Assembly: GCF_009914755.1 (NCBI RefSeq)
Contig: NC_060934.1
Reading direction: 5' to 3' (one strand)
Source: the human T2T-CHM13v2.0 reference genome, Homo sapiens
Length of the DNA stretch: 64,000 nucleotides
Shown: one piece after another, positions 14,942 to 31,661 of the stretch
Layout of the letters: each line of letters starts with the position of its first letter
How positions within the stretch are numbered: position 1 is the first letter of the stretch
Translations under genes and position numbers: made by a program
Notes under the pieces: generated by a model
What the model was told of the DNA's origin: nothing
The model's database searches: none
What the model saw: only the letters and a program-made list of their open reading frames with translations

Positions 14942-16172
14942 TTACATACACATATATGTTCTTTTCTATATATGCAAGTATATGACAAATTAATAAAAAA
15001 TAAAGGTGGTATCTTGAAATAGCAAGAGACATGATTATTCAAGAAATGGAATTGGGTCCACTTATTTGAGCAAAAATACCAAGCCAGATCTCTATTTGAT
15101 GCTACGGATAAAAAATACATTCTAAAAATATAAAATATCTTACCATAAAAAAAGAAACCATAGAAGTAAAAAAGAACATGTACTTGACAATTTTTAAAGA
15201 GTTCAGTAAAGAAAGCCTTCCTAAACATGACTGTGAAGGGAGAAATAGTAAGAGAAAAGATTTATCTTTTTGACTACGTAAAAATTCTAAACTTCTGAAT
15301 AGCACTACCACTACAAGATTAAAACAAAAACAACATGCCAGGAAAAACACTTATAAAACATAAGACAGATAATGAGATAATGTCCTTAGTACATAAAGAA
15401 ACTTTACCAATCAGTAAGAAAGAAAGAGAGCAAAGGGGATGAACAAGTAGAAAGATGCCCAGTGAAAATGTGGAAAGTATTAATTATTAGTAATCAAAAA
15501 GTATAAATGAAAATAATGGAAAAACTAATTTTGCCTATAAAACTGACCAAGATGAAAAATAATAATAATATCTATTATTGTCAAAGATGGAGTAAATATG
15601 TATTTTTATACACTGTCGGTGAATACATAAATTGATACAATCTTTCTTGGAGAAAGTTTAGCAGTATATATTTTGTTAAATTACAGGGTTAAACCCTTCT
15701 ATGCAGCATTGCAAACACTGTTGGTTGTCACCCTAGATCTATTTTCTACTTCCTTCTTTCTGAACTCCTTATTTCAGCTGGACTCAGGATGCCTGAAATA
15801 TAGAGTGTACTTCCCAAACTCCCTTTGCAGCAAAGCTCAGTTCTAAGCAATGGCCTAGAAATGGAAGAGTCCTTCAAAAGAAGGTGGCATTGCCTTCTTC
15901 CTCCTTTTCTCCTGCCTGCTTGTTGGAATACAGTCGTTAATTAATTAACTGGCTTAATTACCTTATTTCCTAAATCAGAGCAGACCATTAAAGAGCATAG
16001 TTTATTACATATTTAAGAAAGCCAAATGTGTAGTTTTATGGCATGGATTAATTTTAGGTTTGAAGGTCAAAATAACAATTTTGAGAACAGAGGATTTTGT
16101 GTTTAAGATGTTGAATTGGTTTAGAAGGTCATATTACAATACCCAAAGCCAAAGAGAGAGATGAGTCATTAC

Positions 16173-16268
16173 CTAGAGTTGAGGAGCATGAGGCATCTGG
16201 GTGGCAGCCTCCATTACTGACTGAGCAGATGTCTGTGAGTGTGCACACTCTTCCGTCACCCTGGTACC
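16173..16268 (-). CDS. CUBN: Cubilin exon 10 (96 nt)
   Basis: tcag|GG TAC CAG...CTA G|GTAATG; [31 protein letters not shown]. Confidence 0.96.
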   Translation of the reverse strand, partial: GTRVTEECAHSQTSAQSVMEAATQMPHAPQL

Positions 16269-17046
16269 CTGATGAGAACAAGAGCCAGGTCATAAGAAAC
16301 AATGTCAAGAAGATGGGAGGACAAAGCCTGTCTAGGATTCAAATATCATGAAATGGACCAATCAGGGATCCTCTATCATCGAAACAAAAAATATAAGTAT
16401 AAAATGTCATCAACAAATGAAATTTCATAAATAAGAAAAATAACAAGAATTAGTAACCTGATTTCATAAGCAATGTTCTGGGTTGTTTCTAATGAAAAAA
16501 ATATGTATAAAACTACTGGTAGACTTAGAAAGTGCTGACACTAAGAAAGTTAATATTTTTATATTACAGTGACTCTGATGTTCTTAGAGGTCAATTATTA
16601 TAGAAGCCCAAAGTACTGTAGTTCCATGTTATTTAAACATACAAGGTTTCAGTTTATCCCTTAGTACTCCCTGAACTTCTTGGGTAGTAATTCGATTTAG
16701 ATTAGAGAATAGCAGAAAAGACTTCTTTCCAGAAAAGGAGGGAAACCAACAATTACGATATATGCCTACTGTGATGCCTGTGGTTTAGTAAACTTGGTAT
16801 ATGCAAAACAACTCAGGAGTGCATGATATTAACAAATTATTCGTGAGGGCAATGGAACAGTAAGTCTGTGATCCACTCAGAAAACTTTTCAAATTCTGCA
16901 TTATCTCTGTAGCTATTTGACAGTTTGTAAAGTTTGTTGTTTTCTACTGATATTCAAAATGTTTTTTCTTTCTTATCATAGAGTTGTACTAATGTGTCCT
17001 GAATTCACAAGATAAGCAAAACTTTCTGTACTATTTCCTCTCCTAA

Positions 17047-17356
<310 letters not shown>

Positions 17357-17451
17357 GAAATCATATTTTAAATGGAGCACTAGATTCCGTATTCCTATGT
17401 CTGTGTTCCCTGTGCTGGGGTCAGGAGGTTGACATTGAACCGAGGCAGCAC

Positions 17452-17583
17452 CTGGTGGACAGGCCTGGCAGTGGGAAGACCCAGGTGTATTCACACACTC
17501 AACGGGTGGAGCCACAGAACAGCCGCCGTTATTTATCTCACATTCATTGATATCTTCGCAAATATATCCATTGCCTTGCCAGC
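17452..17583 (-). CDS. CUBN: Cubilin exon 9 (132 nt)
   Basis: cctag|GC TGG CAA...CCA G|GTGCTG; [43 protein letters not shown]. Confidence 0.95.
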
Positions 17584-18161
17584 CTAGGAAAACAAGAGGA
17601 TTTAAAAGTTTAGCTCTATAGACAAGTCAACAAGGAAGAAATACAAGAGTCAAAACATATAAAAACCTTCTCCACCTAAGGAACTATAAAATAAAAATGA
17701 GATATGCTTATCAGATTGGCAAAAGTTGTTTTGAATTCTTAAAATCAAATTCTGACAACAAAGTGGGCAAATGGGCTCCTCTTATATGCTGATAGCTAGA
17801 CATTAAATTGATATAACCTATTTGGAAAGAGCTCTGGCAGTATTCACTAAAATTTTTAAAATACATAGACTTTGACTGCCAGTTGCACCTATTAAAACTC
17901 AGCCTATTGTGATAAAACTACCAGTATACTAAGATGGTAGTATACATCTTAGTATACTGGTATAAGTAGGTAAGAGGATGTCTACCGCAGCACTGTTTAA
18001 TAGGGAAAAAACCCTCAATTATCAATAGAAGCATAGCTGAACACCTTATGACTCATCTTTGTGACCAAATACTAAAAACGCTTTTTAATATCATGTGTAC
18101 ACCTGTATACCTACATTTGCATACACACACATTGAAAGAATTTTTGTATATACATTAATTA

Positions 18162-18498
<337 letters not shown>

Positions 18499-19503
18499 CT
18501 AATTTGGGGAAAGAATTTTTTAAACTCTTGCATATGTGCTTGTACAAATGAAGAATAAAGTAGAAGAGGAAGGAGAACAAATGACTAATGGTGTCATTAG
18601 GAAGATGAGATTTAAGAATTTTACTTTAGTGGTTCCCATTGTATTCAATGGTTGTAGATTTATAATTCAAATTATTAAAATTATAAGAATTCTTAAAAAC
18701 CTTTAAAGATTTAAAAATATTCATATTCTTTGATTTAAGTAGAATCCTCTTCTAAGACTCTGCCTAAGAAAATTATCATATTTGTGCATGGCAAAATGTG
18801 TACATGAAAAAAAGTTGGAAGAAAAAAATGCCCAAATGTTCATCATGGTCCTCTGTGTGATAAGATCAAAGGTATTTTTTTCTATTTTTTCCATATTTTT
18901 GTAGTGATATTTTATAAGCAGCATATATTGCTTTGCTGCTTATAAAATATAACTACCATATATTTCAGGAAAAATAGGGTGATAAACAAGAAAACAAAAA
19001 AATTGTTTCTCTTTTTCCTCTCCAACAATAAAAAGAAGAATGTAAAAACATTGCCAATCTTCTAATTTAAATAATTTATTTTTCTGATTTATAGTTTTTA
19101 AAGATTGTCCATGATAAATTACCTTCAAAATGTGATTGCTTGCAAATTGTGCTTGCCCCTGAGAACTAAGAGGGAAAAAGTCTTTATAGGTTTTTTTTTT
19201 CCATTTCTTTCCAGTTTTACAAGATCTAAATATATACACGCAGAAAACCACTAAACCAAAAATCACTACATGGGGCAATAGGTGTGTGGGGTTTCTTGGC
19301 AAGAAGAAACTTGCCAAGAAACTTGGGTTTCAATTCTGGCTATCTGTAAAGCTATGCGATCTTGGGCAAGTTATTCAACCTCTTTAAGCTCAAGTTCTCA
19401 TATTGTAAAATGTGAGTAATACTTATTTTTACCATGTCTTGATTTTGTTGTAGTTAAAAGAATTAAAAATTGCTTATACAATGCCTTAATAACACTTTGA
19501 TTA

Positions 19504-19863
<360 letters not shown>

Positions 19864-20558
19864 CTAAGAACACCCCTGGAGCGCAGATGAACCTGAGGTC
19901 TGGCTAATTGCCTACCAATGCACCCAGCACAGTGCTTTGCTCATAGTAGGCATCCTACAAAAAAAAAATGTGTGGAATATATGATGACTATCTCATAAAA
20001 CAAAAGATGCCCTCGGATTCAAACACAGGCAGTCTTTGACTAACGGAGCCCATGTTTTCCATGACTCAACATATGGCATCCCTGGAGATTCAGTTGCTGC
20101 AGGGCATAATGGAGCTGGATACCTCTGTTTAGGTCAAGGCCGCAAGATACTCTAATGACACACCCAGGCAAGAGCTACTAGACTGTGGTGGAGATGCAAA
20201 GAGGTCAAATAATTTCCCCATGTGTACAAACATCTGGTTAGTATGAAAGGTGGGACTAGAGTATCTCTTTTGATCTCAAATCTGGTCAGTTGGTGGTCAC
20301 TGCAATGCAGTGTCTAACTTACAAATTCTATGGCTAACCTTGCCCCAAAGTCTGACTCTAGCACAGTTTTGGACAAGCCTCCCCCTTTTGACGTGGAATT
20401 GTGATAGCAGTGAGATCGTCGAGCAGAACCAGGACACAAAACTGGATTTGAACACCTCCTAAGAATTGTCTTCTTACTCATCAATAGTGAAAGAAAATTG
20501 GTTCTGGCACCTCGCCAACCTGGCATGCAGAGCCTGGCTTGTGGCCCTGAGAATGTAC

Positions 20559-20721
20559 CTGTTGGACAGGCCCCACAGTAGAAAGAGCCTTGAGTGTTGA
20601 AACACTGCACAAGTGTGGAGCAAGGCCCGGGCTGGAAGCTGCACTCGTCTCTGTCCAGCGTGCAGGCAGGGCTGTTGGGTGAAGACATCCACCCAGCATC
20701 ACAGACGCAGCTGTACTTGGG
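20559..20721 (-). CDS. CUBN: Cubilin exon 8 (163 nt)
   Basis: ccag|CCC AAG TAC...ACA G|GTACAT; [54 protein letters not shown]. Confidence 0.96.
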
Positions 20722-21493
20722 CTGGCAGGATGACAACAGCGTGAATAAAGACAATCATGAAAATCAGCAAGAAAAGCCTTTGAACATTTCATCAAGCCCC
20801 TAACTGTTTATCCTCTAACGTTCATTTCCATAAGGCCAATCCACTGGCTTCTCTTTTTCTTCCCATATGATTAAGCATTTAGACCAGACCATGCAAAAAG
20901 GGAAACATCTTTATTTCAGAGTAAAAGCAAGCTATAATTTCTCCCAAAGATGCCAGGGAAAGAGTAACAACAATCAAGAACTGTAAGTCAATATAATTAA
21001 AGTCAATCAACTCAGCCTGCTATGTTTTTAGAGGGAAAAACACCCATGTAGGCACAGACCTTGGAAAATCAATTCCGTTTGTTTTTCTTTGGAAAGTTCT
21101 TCCTCCTACCCACCTCCTCAACCCTTCCATCCCCATCATTGGACGGGAATTATTTTCCATCACATGGGTAGAAAAAATACAACTAAAAATAAAGAATTGA
21201 AGTTCTCATGAAGAGCCAAGCCAGCCAAGACTGGACAACCTTGAGGGTCAGGAGTCAAAGTCATCAGGACGCAGGGCATGGAGGGTCGTTCTGGGGAGTG
21301 GGCTCTTAGAGTCTGCAGCAGTTCCAGAGACCCAGGCCGGGAAAAGTCAGACTCCTTGAAACCACATGTTGCCAACAAGACTGGTCCTTTTATATTCCTG
21401 TGTTTTGTCACTGTTAAAATAAAACTTACAAGGCCAAGAGAAGGTCTTATCTCAGAGAGAGTCATGACGGGATAATAAAAATGGTCCCATTTC

Positions 21494-21795
<302 letters not shown>

Positions 21796-21999
21796 CTATT
21801 TTACATAATGACATCTTAATCTCTGGGTCCTACTTCCTGCATACTTCATCTCCCCTCCTCGCCTATGTCCTACTTACAGACAGGAAGTGACTTCACCTCT
21901 GTAAGCTCCAGGTAGTGCTTGTATGCAGTGGGCATAGGAGGAGGAGGAGCTACTAACCATGGCTCTCTGCAAGGAGGCACATTTGGGGAAGGGACCCAC

Positions 22000-22126
22000 C
22001 TCTCCAGCTTGCTCTCGCATTAAATCCTCACAGATGCCATGGACACAGCGTGCCACAGAACCCCCTTCACAGTCGTCATATTTGGATGCACACTGGGGTC
22101 CGTACGTCTCAGGTGGGCAGTGACAA
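22000..22126 (-). CDS. CUBN: Cubilin exon 7 (127 nt)
   Basis: acag|T TGT CAC...GGA GAG|GTGGGT; [42 protein letters not shown] (within ORF 21874..22149). Confidence 0.96.
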
Positions 22127-23407
22127 CTGTTGGTTACACAAGAGCACAATGTCAGGGCATGCGCTTTGGGGCCAGTGCCTGTCTCTTAATATCAATGAGA
22201 AAAATAATTCAAATTACAAATCAACGATGTTAACTTGGAATCGTCAGCCAGCAATGCAAATTTACTGACTGGAGTCTCGGGAGAAAATCACTCTGCTGTG
22301 CTCCAAGTGGTGGATTGAGTAAATACAATGTTGGTGAATCACAACTTATTATCTGGTAAGCCTAGCACTATAAATTCTTGTGTTATCAGGTCATCAAACA
22401 GCATTTTCAAAGGTCAGATGTGTATAAGCCAAAGGTAATGGAGTTAGTTCAAGAAGGTAAAGGGAGAGATCAGCAAATCCATTCATCATCTGTCCAATTG
22501 GACCTGCCATGAAGCACAGGCAACGTGGGCTACACTGATAACTCTGAATGCTCTCTAGGATTATATAACCCCACACGCAATCCAGTGTCCACACCTCACA
22601 GTCTATGATCATTATTATTATCTTACAAAGGGCAATATGTCTTCTATCCATAAAAAGCGTAGTTATATAATATAATACAGTGGCATTTCTTTCATAGCCA
22701 CACTTGAATTTCCAACAAAATGTGGTAATTATTACACTATGCGTAAGCTAGCAGTGGGTGCTTTGTTACTAGAAGATTTAAGTCCAATGATAATCAAATA
22801 AGCAATGTTGTTTTAAGCCGTTGTCATTGTTAAAGCTGCTTTAGCCTTATCTCTGCAGCTTAATGGGAACTTCTATGATCTGAGCATGGGAGCTAGGGGA
22901 GGAGGAGGGTAGAGGAGTCCCAGAAGCCTAAGCCTATCCCCACATGCCAGGGCACATCTGATGGAGAGGTAGGGCCAGGCCCAGAGGTTGCCGATTGCCG
23001 GACTTGAGCAGAATTGGCAAGAAAAGCTCTCATGGGGGAAATGACTGTTGGTGCCAGGGGTCAGAGACAAGGAACAGGGCGTGCCTGCGTGGCCAGGCCT
23101 CCCTCCCATGCCATTCTACAAAGGAAAAGAGCTATTTTAACAAGACACAGTGAGGTACAAGGAGCTTCGTAATGTTCATGGATGACAATGTATGAACGAC
23201 ATTGTGGGAAATTAGCATTTGACTGTTTGAAAGGCATCAAGAACCAAACTCCAGGCATAGGATTCGGCTTGCCTGTGGTGGGCCCCAGAACCAATTGCTG
23301 GGGTGGCAGCTTTTTGGCAGTTTCTAAGGAAGAGGAGAGCAATGAGTGTGGCCAGAAATGGAGAATAAGAATGCAGGGAGCACCATCCATGCATTCAAGT
23401 CGGGAGG

Positions 23408-23500
23408 CCAGACTTAGCAAATAAAAATACAGCATGCCCAAATAAATGTGAGTTTCCAATAAATGAATATTTTTTGGTATAAATACGTTCCATGCAATTT
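23408..23500 (+). mobile_element. MER53-like hAT DNA transposon fragment
   Basis: CCAGACTTAGCAAATAAAAATACAGCATGCCCA resembles the MER53 end. Confidence 0.6.
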
Positions 23501-23768
23501 ACGACATCAGTATATATTTACATAAAAGCTGATTCATTAATATATGACATTTCTGAGCATTCCAAAGTTGCCTTTGGAACGGCTCACTAAGATAAAGTCA
23601 TAGGAAAATAACAATAAATGATTAAAATTAAAGAGAAATTGAATTATCCATCCCCCCCATAGACATTTATATTCCCCGCATCTCTCTCTACTTCCCTTCT
23701 CATATTGTTTTCTTTCCTCTTTGTCCTCCCATCTTTACATAGAATATTTGTATAGAGAATTTAATTAG

Positions 23769-24256
<488 letters not shown>

Positions 24257-24960
24257 CTGAAGAATCTTTAAACCAACTGTTACTAGCTTTCTATTTTCTA
24301 TGTCTGGGAGATCTGAGTGTTTGGAAACCCCTGGGATAAGATTGCCTAGGTTTAAATTTTGGTCCTTCCTGTTAACTGTTTACCCAGACAATGTACTAAC
24401 TCCCTCTGCCTCAATTTCTTATGAAATAATAGTGGTAATCTCTGTGAATTATGGTCATATTGCAGTCTACAGGCATTCCCCTGTAGCAAGTGCTAAGAAG
24501 ATTGTCTTTATTTTATCACTAAGTGCTTAACTATTGCAAAATGACATAAGATTTGAGAGGAGATTCTGGTTCATGGACCTGCAGTTAAATCCTTTCTCTT
24601 TATCTCTCTCTTCCTTCATCCTTGCTATTATCACTGGGAGATGAGTAGGCATTAATCCTATACTGTTCTCTAAATAGCTACAGAGTATACTTCTTTCACT
24701 TAAGTTTAGATGATGTGAGAAGATAGAGAAAGGGAGGAAGAAACTCAAGTAAACCATAGGATTCCTTCCTATGATCCTCAAAGACAAGTATTATTAATCC
24801 CATTTTACAGACTAACATTTCCCAAAACCACAAAATGAATAATTGGCAGAAGATAAATAGACACTTAGGTCTACCCGACTCCTGCACCATTGTTCCTGCA
24901 TGTTATATTCTTACATTCTGATAAGTAGAGTTATATGAAGATGCTGCATTTTTATGCACC

Positions 24961-25368
<408 letters not shown>

Positions 25369-25906
25369 TGAAAATAAAAGCCATATATTGTATTTTTAAA
25401 ACCAACTTACTACTATTCCTGCTTTAGTTATTAGTTACTGATATAGCAGAAGTGTCTTTTCTATGACCTTTTATTGCCAACTTGGTTCCAGCAGAACAAA
25501 TCTAGGCTTTTCTTTGAAAACACTGCAAGTGCATTTTGGCAATTGAGAAGAGGTTAAACACACTTGGATAGTCATAGTTTAACTTGTGTTAGAGTCCATG
25601 GTTCAATACTAATTTTACTGACTGAGTGAAAAAGGTAATAAGTTTAATACCTAACTACCACCTGAGCTAAAACTAGATTATCCTCATTGTTTAAACTCTG
25701 CATGATGTAAAATCTACCAGTGATATGAATGGAAATAAGTGAAATAAAATTTACTAATCATCATGTTTCCGGAAAACCAGAGAAACTCAACTTTTTGTTT
25801 TTCTGGAAAGCCTTCTAGATCTGAGCCCTAAATGTACAACACACACCATCCATGCATGGCAAGCTCAGATCCCAAGGGCTGTCTTAAATCCAAAGTAAGC
25901 AGGGGA

Positions 25907-26212
<306 letters not shown>

Positions 26213-27874
26213 TGAGCAGGGAAACAACAAGAATCACGTCTTCAGAACAAAGAGGGAGTAACAGCATGGAGAAGTGGCGAAATGTAATTGTGTTAGTTGT
26301 CTGAAGCTCTGGGTCTAGACCTCAAGCCAAAAGAATCAGTGGAAACAGAAAATGATGTTTCTTGTGCTATAATCATTGTTCTAAAAAAGAATTTCCACCA
26401 GAAGTTTACCTATGAAACAGGTATGAAACAGGACTTTCCATGAATGAGTATCTGCACCTTTTCAGAGGTCTTTACAATGGCAAATTATTAATCCAGTTAA
26501 AGACTCCTTTTTCCGTCCAAGTAAAAGAGCTCAAAGAGTTAAAGAAACTGAATGAGGTCCAAACTCCAAAGCGAACTTTGATGCCATGACTACATTTTTG
26601 CAGGTCCAGATGATTCTGAGGCTCAAGTTTTCTTTTAGCTAATGTGTGCTGAAATTTCCCAAAGGGTTTTCTAGCCTCAGTGAATACCCTGATTAACAAG
26701 GATTTAACCTCACATAATTAACAGAACTCAAGAAAGTATCTAAATGTTCACTTGTTTCATTACACGTGGATTCCACAAAGCAATAATTTAATCTTATGCT
26801 CATGCACCTTTTTTCATTTTCTTTTATTCCCTCAAAAAGTCTCCAACATATGCCTGAATTACGGGACTTAAAGTGTAGATAATGAAATGGAATTCATGAG
26901 GTTTCAGAAACTATTCCCATATCAAGAGAAAGAACCCTGATTTAAATGCTCTGTTCTCTAATGTCCTCCAGCAAATCTATGAAGGGCAGAGTCTAGGAAT
27001 CAAGATCATTTCCAAAGCCATCCACACATCATTAGTTCTTCTGTATTCTTGCTCTCCTTTATAAAAGAGTGCAAGAGAGAATTTCGTACTGTTCTTACAA
27101 AGTTGAATCTGTCATTTAGAAATGCAGCTTTCAACAAATAAATGGTTCCTTTCCTCCTAGCTCTCATTCTGTCATATGTGTGTGTGGATAAAGAACTCTA
27201 ACCTCTGACATGCTGCAGAGTGGTAAATAGTAAAAGGGTTTTTGTTTTGTTTTTCATTTTGCAGGGGGAAAAAATAACGTGCTGAAAACAGCAACAGCCT
27301 TTATCTTGGTCTATGGATCTCATCACAGTTTGCCCATACTTGTCGCTCTATTGGCCCACAAGACTCCAAAAGACAGTGATGATAAAGGAAGACTAGGAGT
27401 GAAATCTAATCTCTGTAACATTCCTAGATATCAGGAAGGTCAGAAAGCAGAAGTTCTAGGAGCCTGGACATTTGCCACCAATACCTCTATGTAGCAATCC
27501 TCCTTGATAAATGCCCATAAACAGAAATCAGGAGATAATGGGTTCACGGAAATGAGAGACTAGACTGCATTTTGCTTCCAGCCCAAGCCTAACAAAGGCA
27601 GGGAAAAAAGTCTTCATTTAAATGAGAAACAGAGTCCTGGAATCAAAAAGCTCTTTAATAACATAACACTAAATTTAAGTCAGAAGTGGTTAATTTTACT
27701 TTTGCATAATGATTGAACTCATAGACATATCTAGTAGAAGTTTGAATAATTTGAGTTTATAACCTGGAATGAGTAAAAGTTTTAAAGATCAGATCAAAAA
27801 AACAAAAGTATCAAATAAAAAGAGAAGGTTTGTGACTGCATTTTTAGAAGTGTGCATTAATAGTGATGGTTTAA

Positions 27875-28244
27875 CATGGAATACTATGCAGCCATAAAAA
27901 AATGATGAGTTCATGTCCTTTGTAGGGACATGGATGAAGCTGGAAACCATCATTCTCAGCAAACTATCACAAGGACAAAAAACCAAACACCGCATGTTCT
28001 CACTCATAGGTGGGAATTGAACAATGAGAACACATGGACACAGGAAGGGGAACATCACACACCGGGGACTGTTGTGGGGTGGGGGGAGGGTGGAGGGATA
28101 GCATTAGGAGATATACCTAATGCTAAATGACGAGTTAATGGGTGCAGCACACCAACATGGCACATGTATACATAAGTAACAAACCTGAACATTGTGCACA
28201 TGTACCCTAAAACTTAAAGTATAATAATAATAAAATTTAAAAAA
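27875..28244 (+). mobile_element. 5'-truncated L1PA (about PA3-PA5) 3' end with 16-bp TSD
   Basis: ATGAGTTCATGTCCTTTGTAGGGACATGG...GACGAGTTAATGGGTGCAGCAC...TAAAACTTAAAGTATAAT; TSD AATAGTGATGGTTTAA at 27859-27874 and 28245-28260. Confidence 0.93.
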
Positions 28245-29324
28245 AATAGTGATGGTTTAAAAAACAAAATTACTGCACTCATTTTTGCTGGAAAGACTAG
28301 AATGGATATTGTTATGTGGAAATTGAAGAACAAGATAGCAGAGACACCAGTAAGAGAGCAAATAATTGCTCTTCAATCCAGTGAGATTCTACTCCAGAGC
28401 ATTGAAAGGATTTGTTCATTCTATAGCAGAATTTATTTATTAATCTTTTAAAAATCACAAAATAAAAGAGACCAGCCAAACTATAAGGAAAGACACTGTC
28501 TAGTTTAAAAGGTGACTTCAAAGAACTGTACAAAAGTAAGTTTGGCATTGATCTGCCTTAATTTTTTGGACTTCGTTTTTAGAAAGACAATGTGTGTGTC
28601 ATCAGCAAAGCTTTGACGATGGATATCCCTAGAGCATGATGGGAACATAGAGGCCCTGAGATGCCTCACTCTGCTTAAAAAGGGAAGGGAAAGTTTCCTG
28701 CAGAAAGTGATGCCTGAGCTGAGCAGGAGAATTCTGTGGACAAGTCACTTTACAGAATAAGTCAGAAGAGAAGATAGAGCTGTACTGATAATGATGACTG
28801 TGGTCAGAGAGAGTTACTTCATTCATTGAACCTCAGTTTAATCTTTGACCTCGTTATGGTCACATTTTGACATAGCATTGAATAAAGCTCTCTTTACCCA
28901 AAACTATGAGCTTGCTAATACATGGAAAGAGTACAGCTGGGGACACTGGTGTGGTGGGGTGTCCCCTTTTCTACTTAAGGCCATTCAGTGGCTCCCCTTC
29001 AATGCTCCGGCTCTTCCTAAGTCTTCAGCTCCTTTTGCACCAGGCCATGCTTACTCTCTGTGCCAATCACGGGAGCCTTCTTCCGGTTCCTTGGGGATGT
29101 TAGAGCAAGGATTTCTTCACGGGGTGAGAGTAAAGGACTCATGAGCTTTTCTTCAGTTAAGTAAAAATAGCTATGTAGACGTTAAGCAAGAGCTAAATAT
29201 TTCCTCATGGAGTACCAACTTTTGGTGGAATACAGATAGTTAATTTAGGATGCTCTTAACTATGGGATGTTTTAGGCCTTCAAAAATATACCTGATATTT
29301 ACCAAAAAAAAAAAAAAAAGTTAC

Positions 29325-29428
29325 CTGTAACTTCCCATTGTATTAACACATGTGCCTCCATTCTGGCAGCTCAAGGGTGTTCCTGAGTAAATCTCACATT
29401 CGTTAACATCAGCTGAGCAGAGAGGACC
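29325..29428 (-). CDS. CUBN: Cubilin exon 6 (104 nt, Ca-binding EGF 2)
   Basis: cacag|GGT CCT CTC...TAC AG|GTAAC; [34 protein letters not shown]. Confidence 0.96.
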
Positions 29429-30117
29429 CTGTGATCATATAAGGAACAAAGTCAGGTGCCAAAGGTCACAGAGGTATCTGGAGCGAACATTCACATGATA
29501 CGTTTAAGGATTTATACGTGGACAGTATATAAGTCCTCATAAAGTCAAATACAATAATACTGATATTAACCCCTGGCTATTCTTCCTCTGGAACTCAGAT
29601 TTCACCTAATAGAACACAAGAGCTCTTCATAAGATCACAGCAGTCACAGGAGAGGAATCCTTATCTAAACATAATAGAATCCTCAGTTCACAGTGGTGCT
29701 ACATCTGGGAATACTTACTTAACTTTTTTTTTTATGTGCATGCTGGAGACAGTTTCCATCGTTATCAGAAAAAATAAACAAACAAAGAAAATGAGAAAAT
29801 TTGCATAGGTATGTCAAGATTTGTTTGGTACTTTCCAATGCTGAACAATTTAAATTAATGTTAACAGAAATATTGTGTTCTTCCAGGCAGTTATCCAATC
29901 AAGTGAACCTCTCCTTTCAATGGCTTTAGTATTTGGTGGGTTATACAATCATACTCACCACTGTTTGGGTTTTAGCATACCTGGTATATTTCAATTTGAT
30001 TTGGGAGGCCACAGAATCCTAGAAACTTTAGATGGAGAATTAAATATGCCTGATGATTCCAAGGAAACCACAGATGCTGACCTGCCATCATTCTTAACCA
30101 AAGAGTAGATGACTCAC

Positions 30118-30219
30118 CTTCCACTGTGGGGGACAGATACAAAAAAAGGAATCATGCAGATTGAGGCAGGTTCCACCATTCTGGCAAGGATTGCTGCTGC
30201 AAACCTTTTTGTCAACAGT
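30118..30219 (-). CDS. CUBN: Cubilin exon 5 (102 nt, most of EGF-like 1)
   Basis: tcag|ACT GTT GAC...TGG AAG|GTGAGT; [34 protein letters not shown]. Confidence 0.97.
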
Positions 30220-30919
30220 CTGAAACAAAAACAGGACAGTCAATGAGATGACTTGCAGTCAGCAGCAACAAAACGCATGTTACCGTGCACGTGGGATTAC
30301 ATTTAACTCTTAATCAGTGGGGGTCTCCTTCTACACTTTAAAGCCATTACTTATGTTCTTCTTCAAATCACCTCTCTTGTGAAAAAACAGAAAGCATTTT
30401 CTATTATCAATCTTGTTCCTATTCCTTAACTCTCAGCATGCTTTTGACCACGGGTGGGATGAAGTCTGAGGGGAGAAGATTCTCACTTTGTCTTGGAAAA
30501 GTATTATTCTCACCTGAGAAAGAGACCTCAGTGGACAGGAGTAAAGGTTTCAGGTGTGGAAATAATAATGGATGTTGCTATTGCACAAAGAAAATAAAAT
30601 GGAGATTCCGGTTATTTTACCGGTGATTCTTATCTTTGGTCCCTCGAGGTGAGCCTTTGAAATATAATCATCTGCTGCTGCTGCCCCTCCTCCCATGGGT
30701 TAAGGTGACTGAACTCCTGCTCCAAGTCCCTTTGTTAGAAATGTGGCCAGCTAAGACATATCTTTCACCCTGGTGCTCACCTGACTGCTTTCAGCCCAGA
30801 TCACAAACAGACCTACCTTTGTCTACATCTACATCTACATAACCTGGGGAATCTGACCCTATGTCAGCTACCAGTTTGAATCTTGTTAAGATTTTTACTG
30901 CCTTTGGGTGCAGAGAAAA

Positions 30920-31257
<338 letters not shown>

Positions 31258-31325
31258 AGAGAAAACTTCTTTAGAGGGAACACTTGATTATGCAATGATG
31301 GCCACTTTATGAATTTCACTCATAG

Positions 31326-31661
<336 letters not shown>

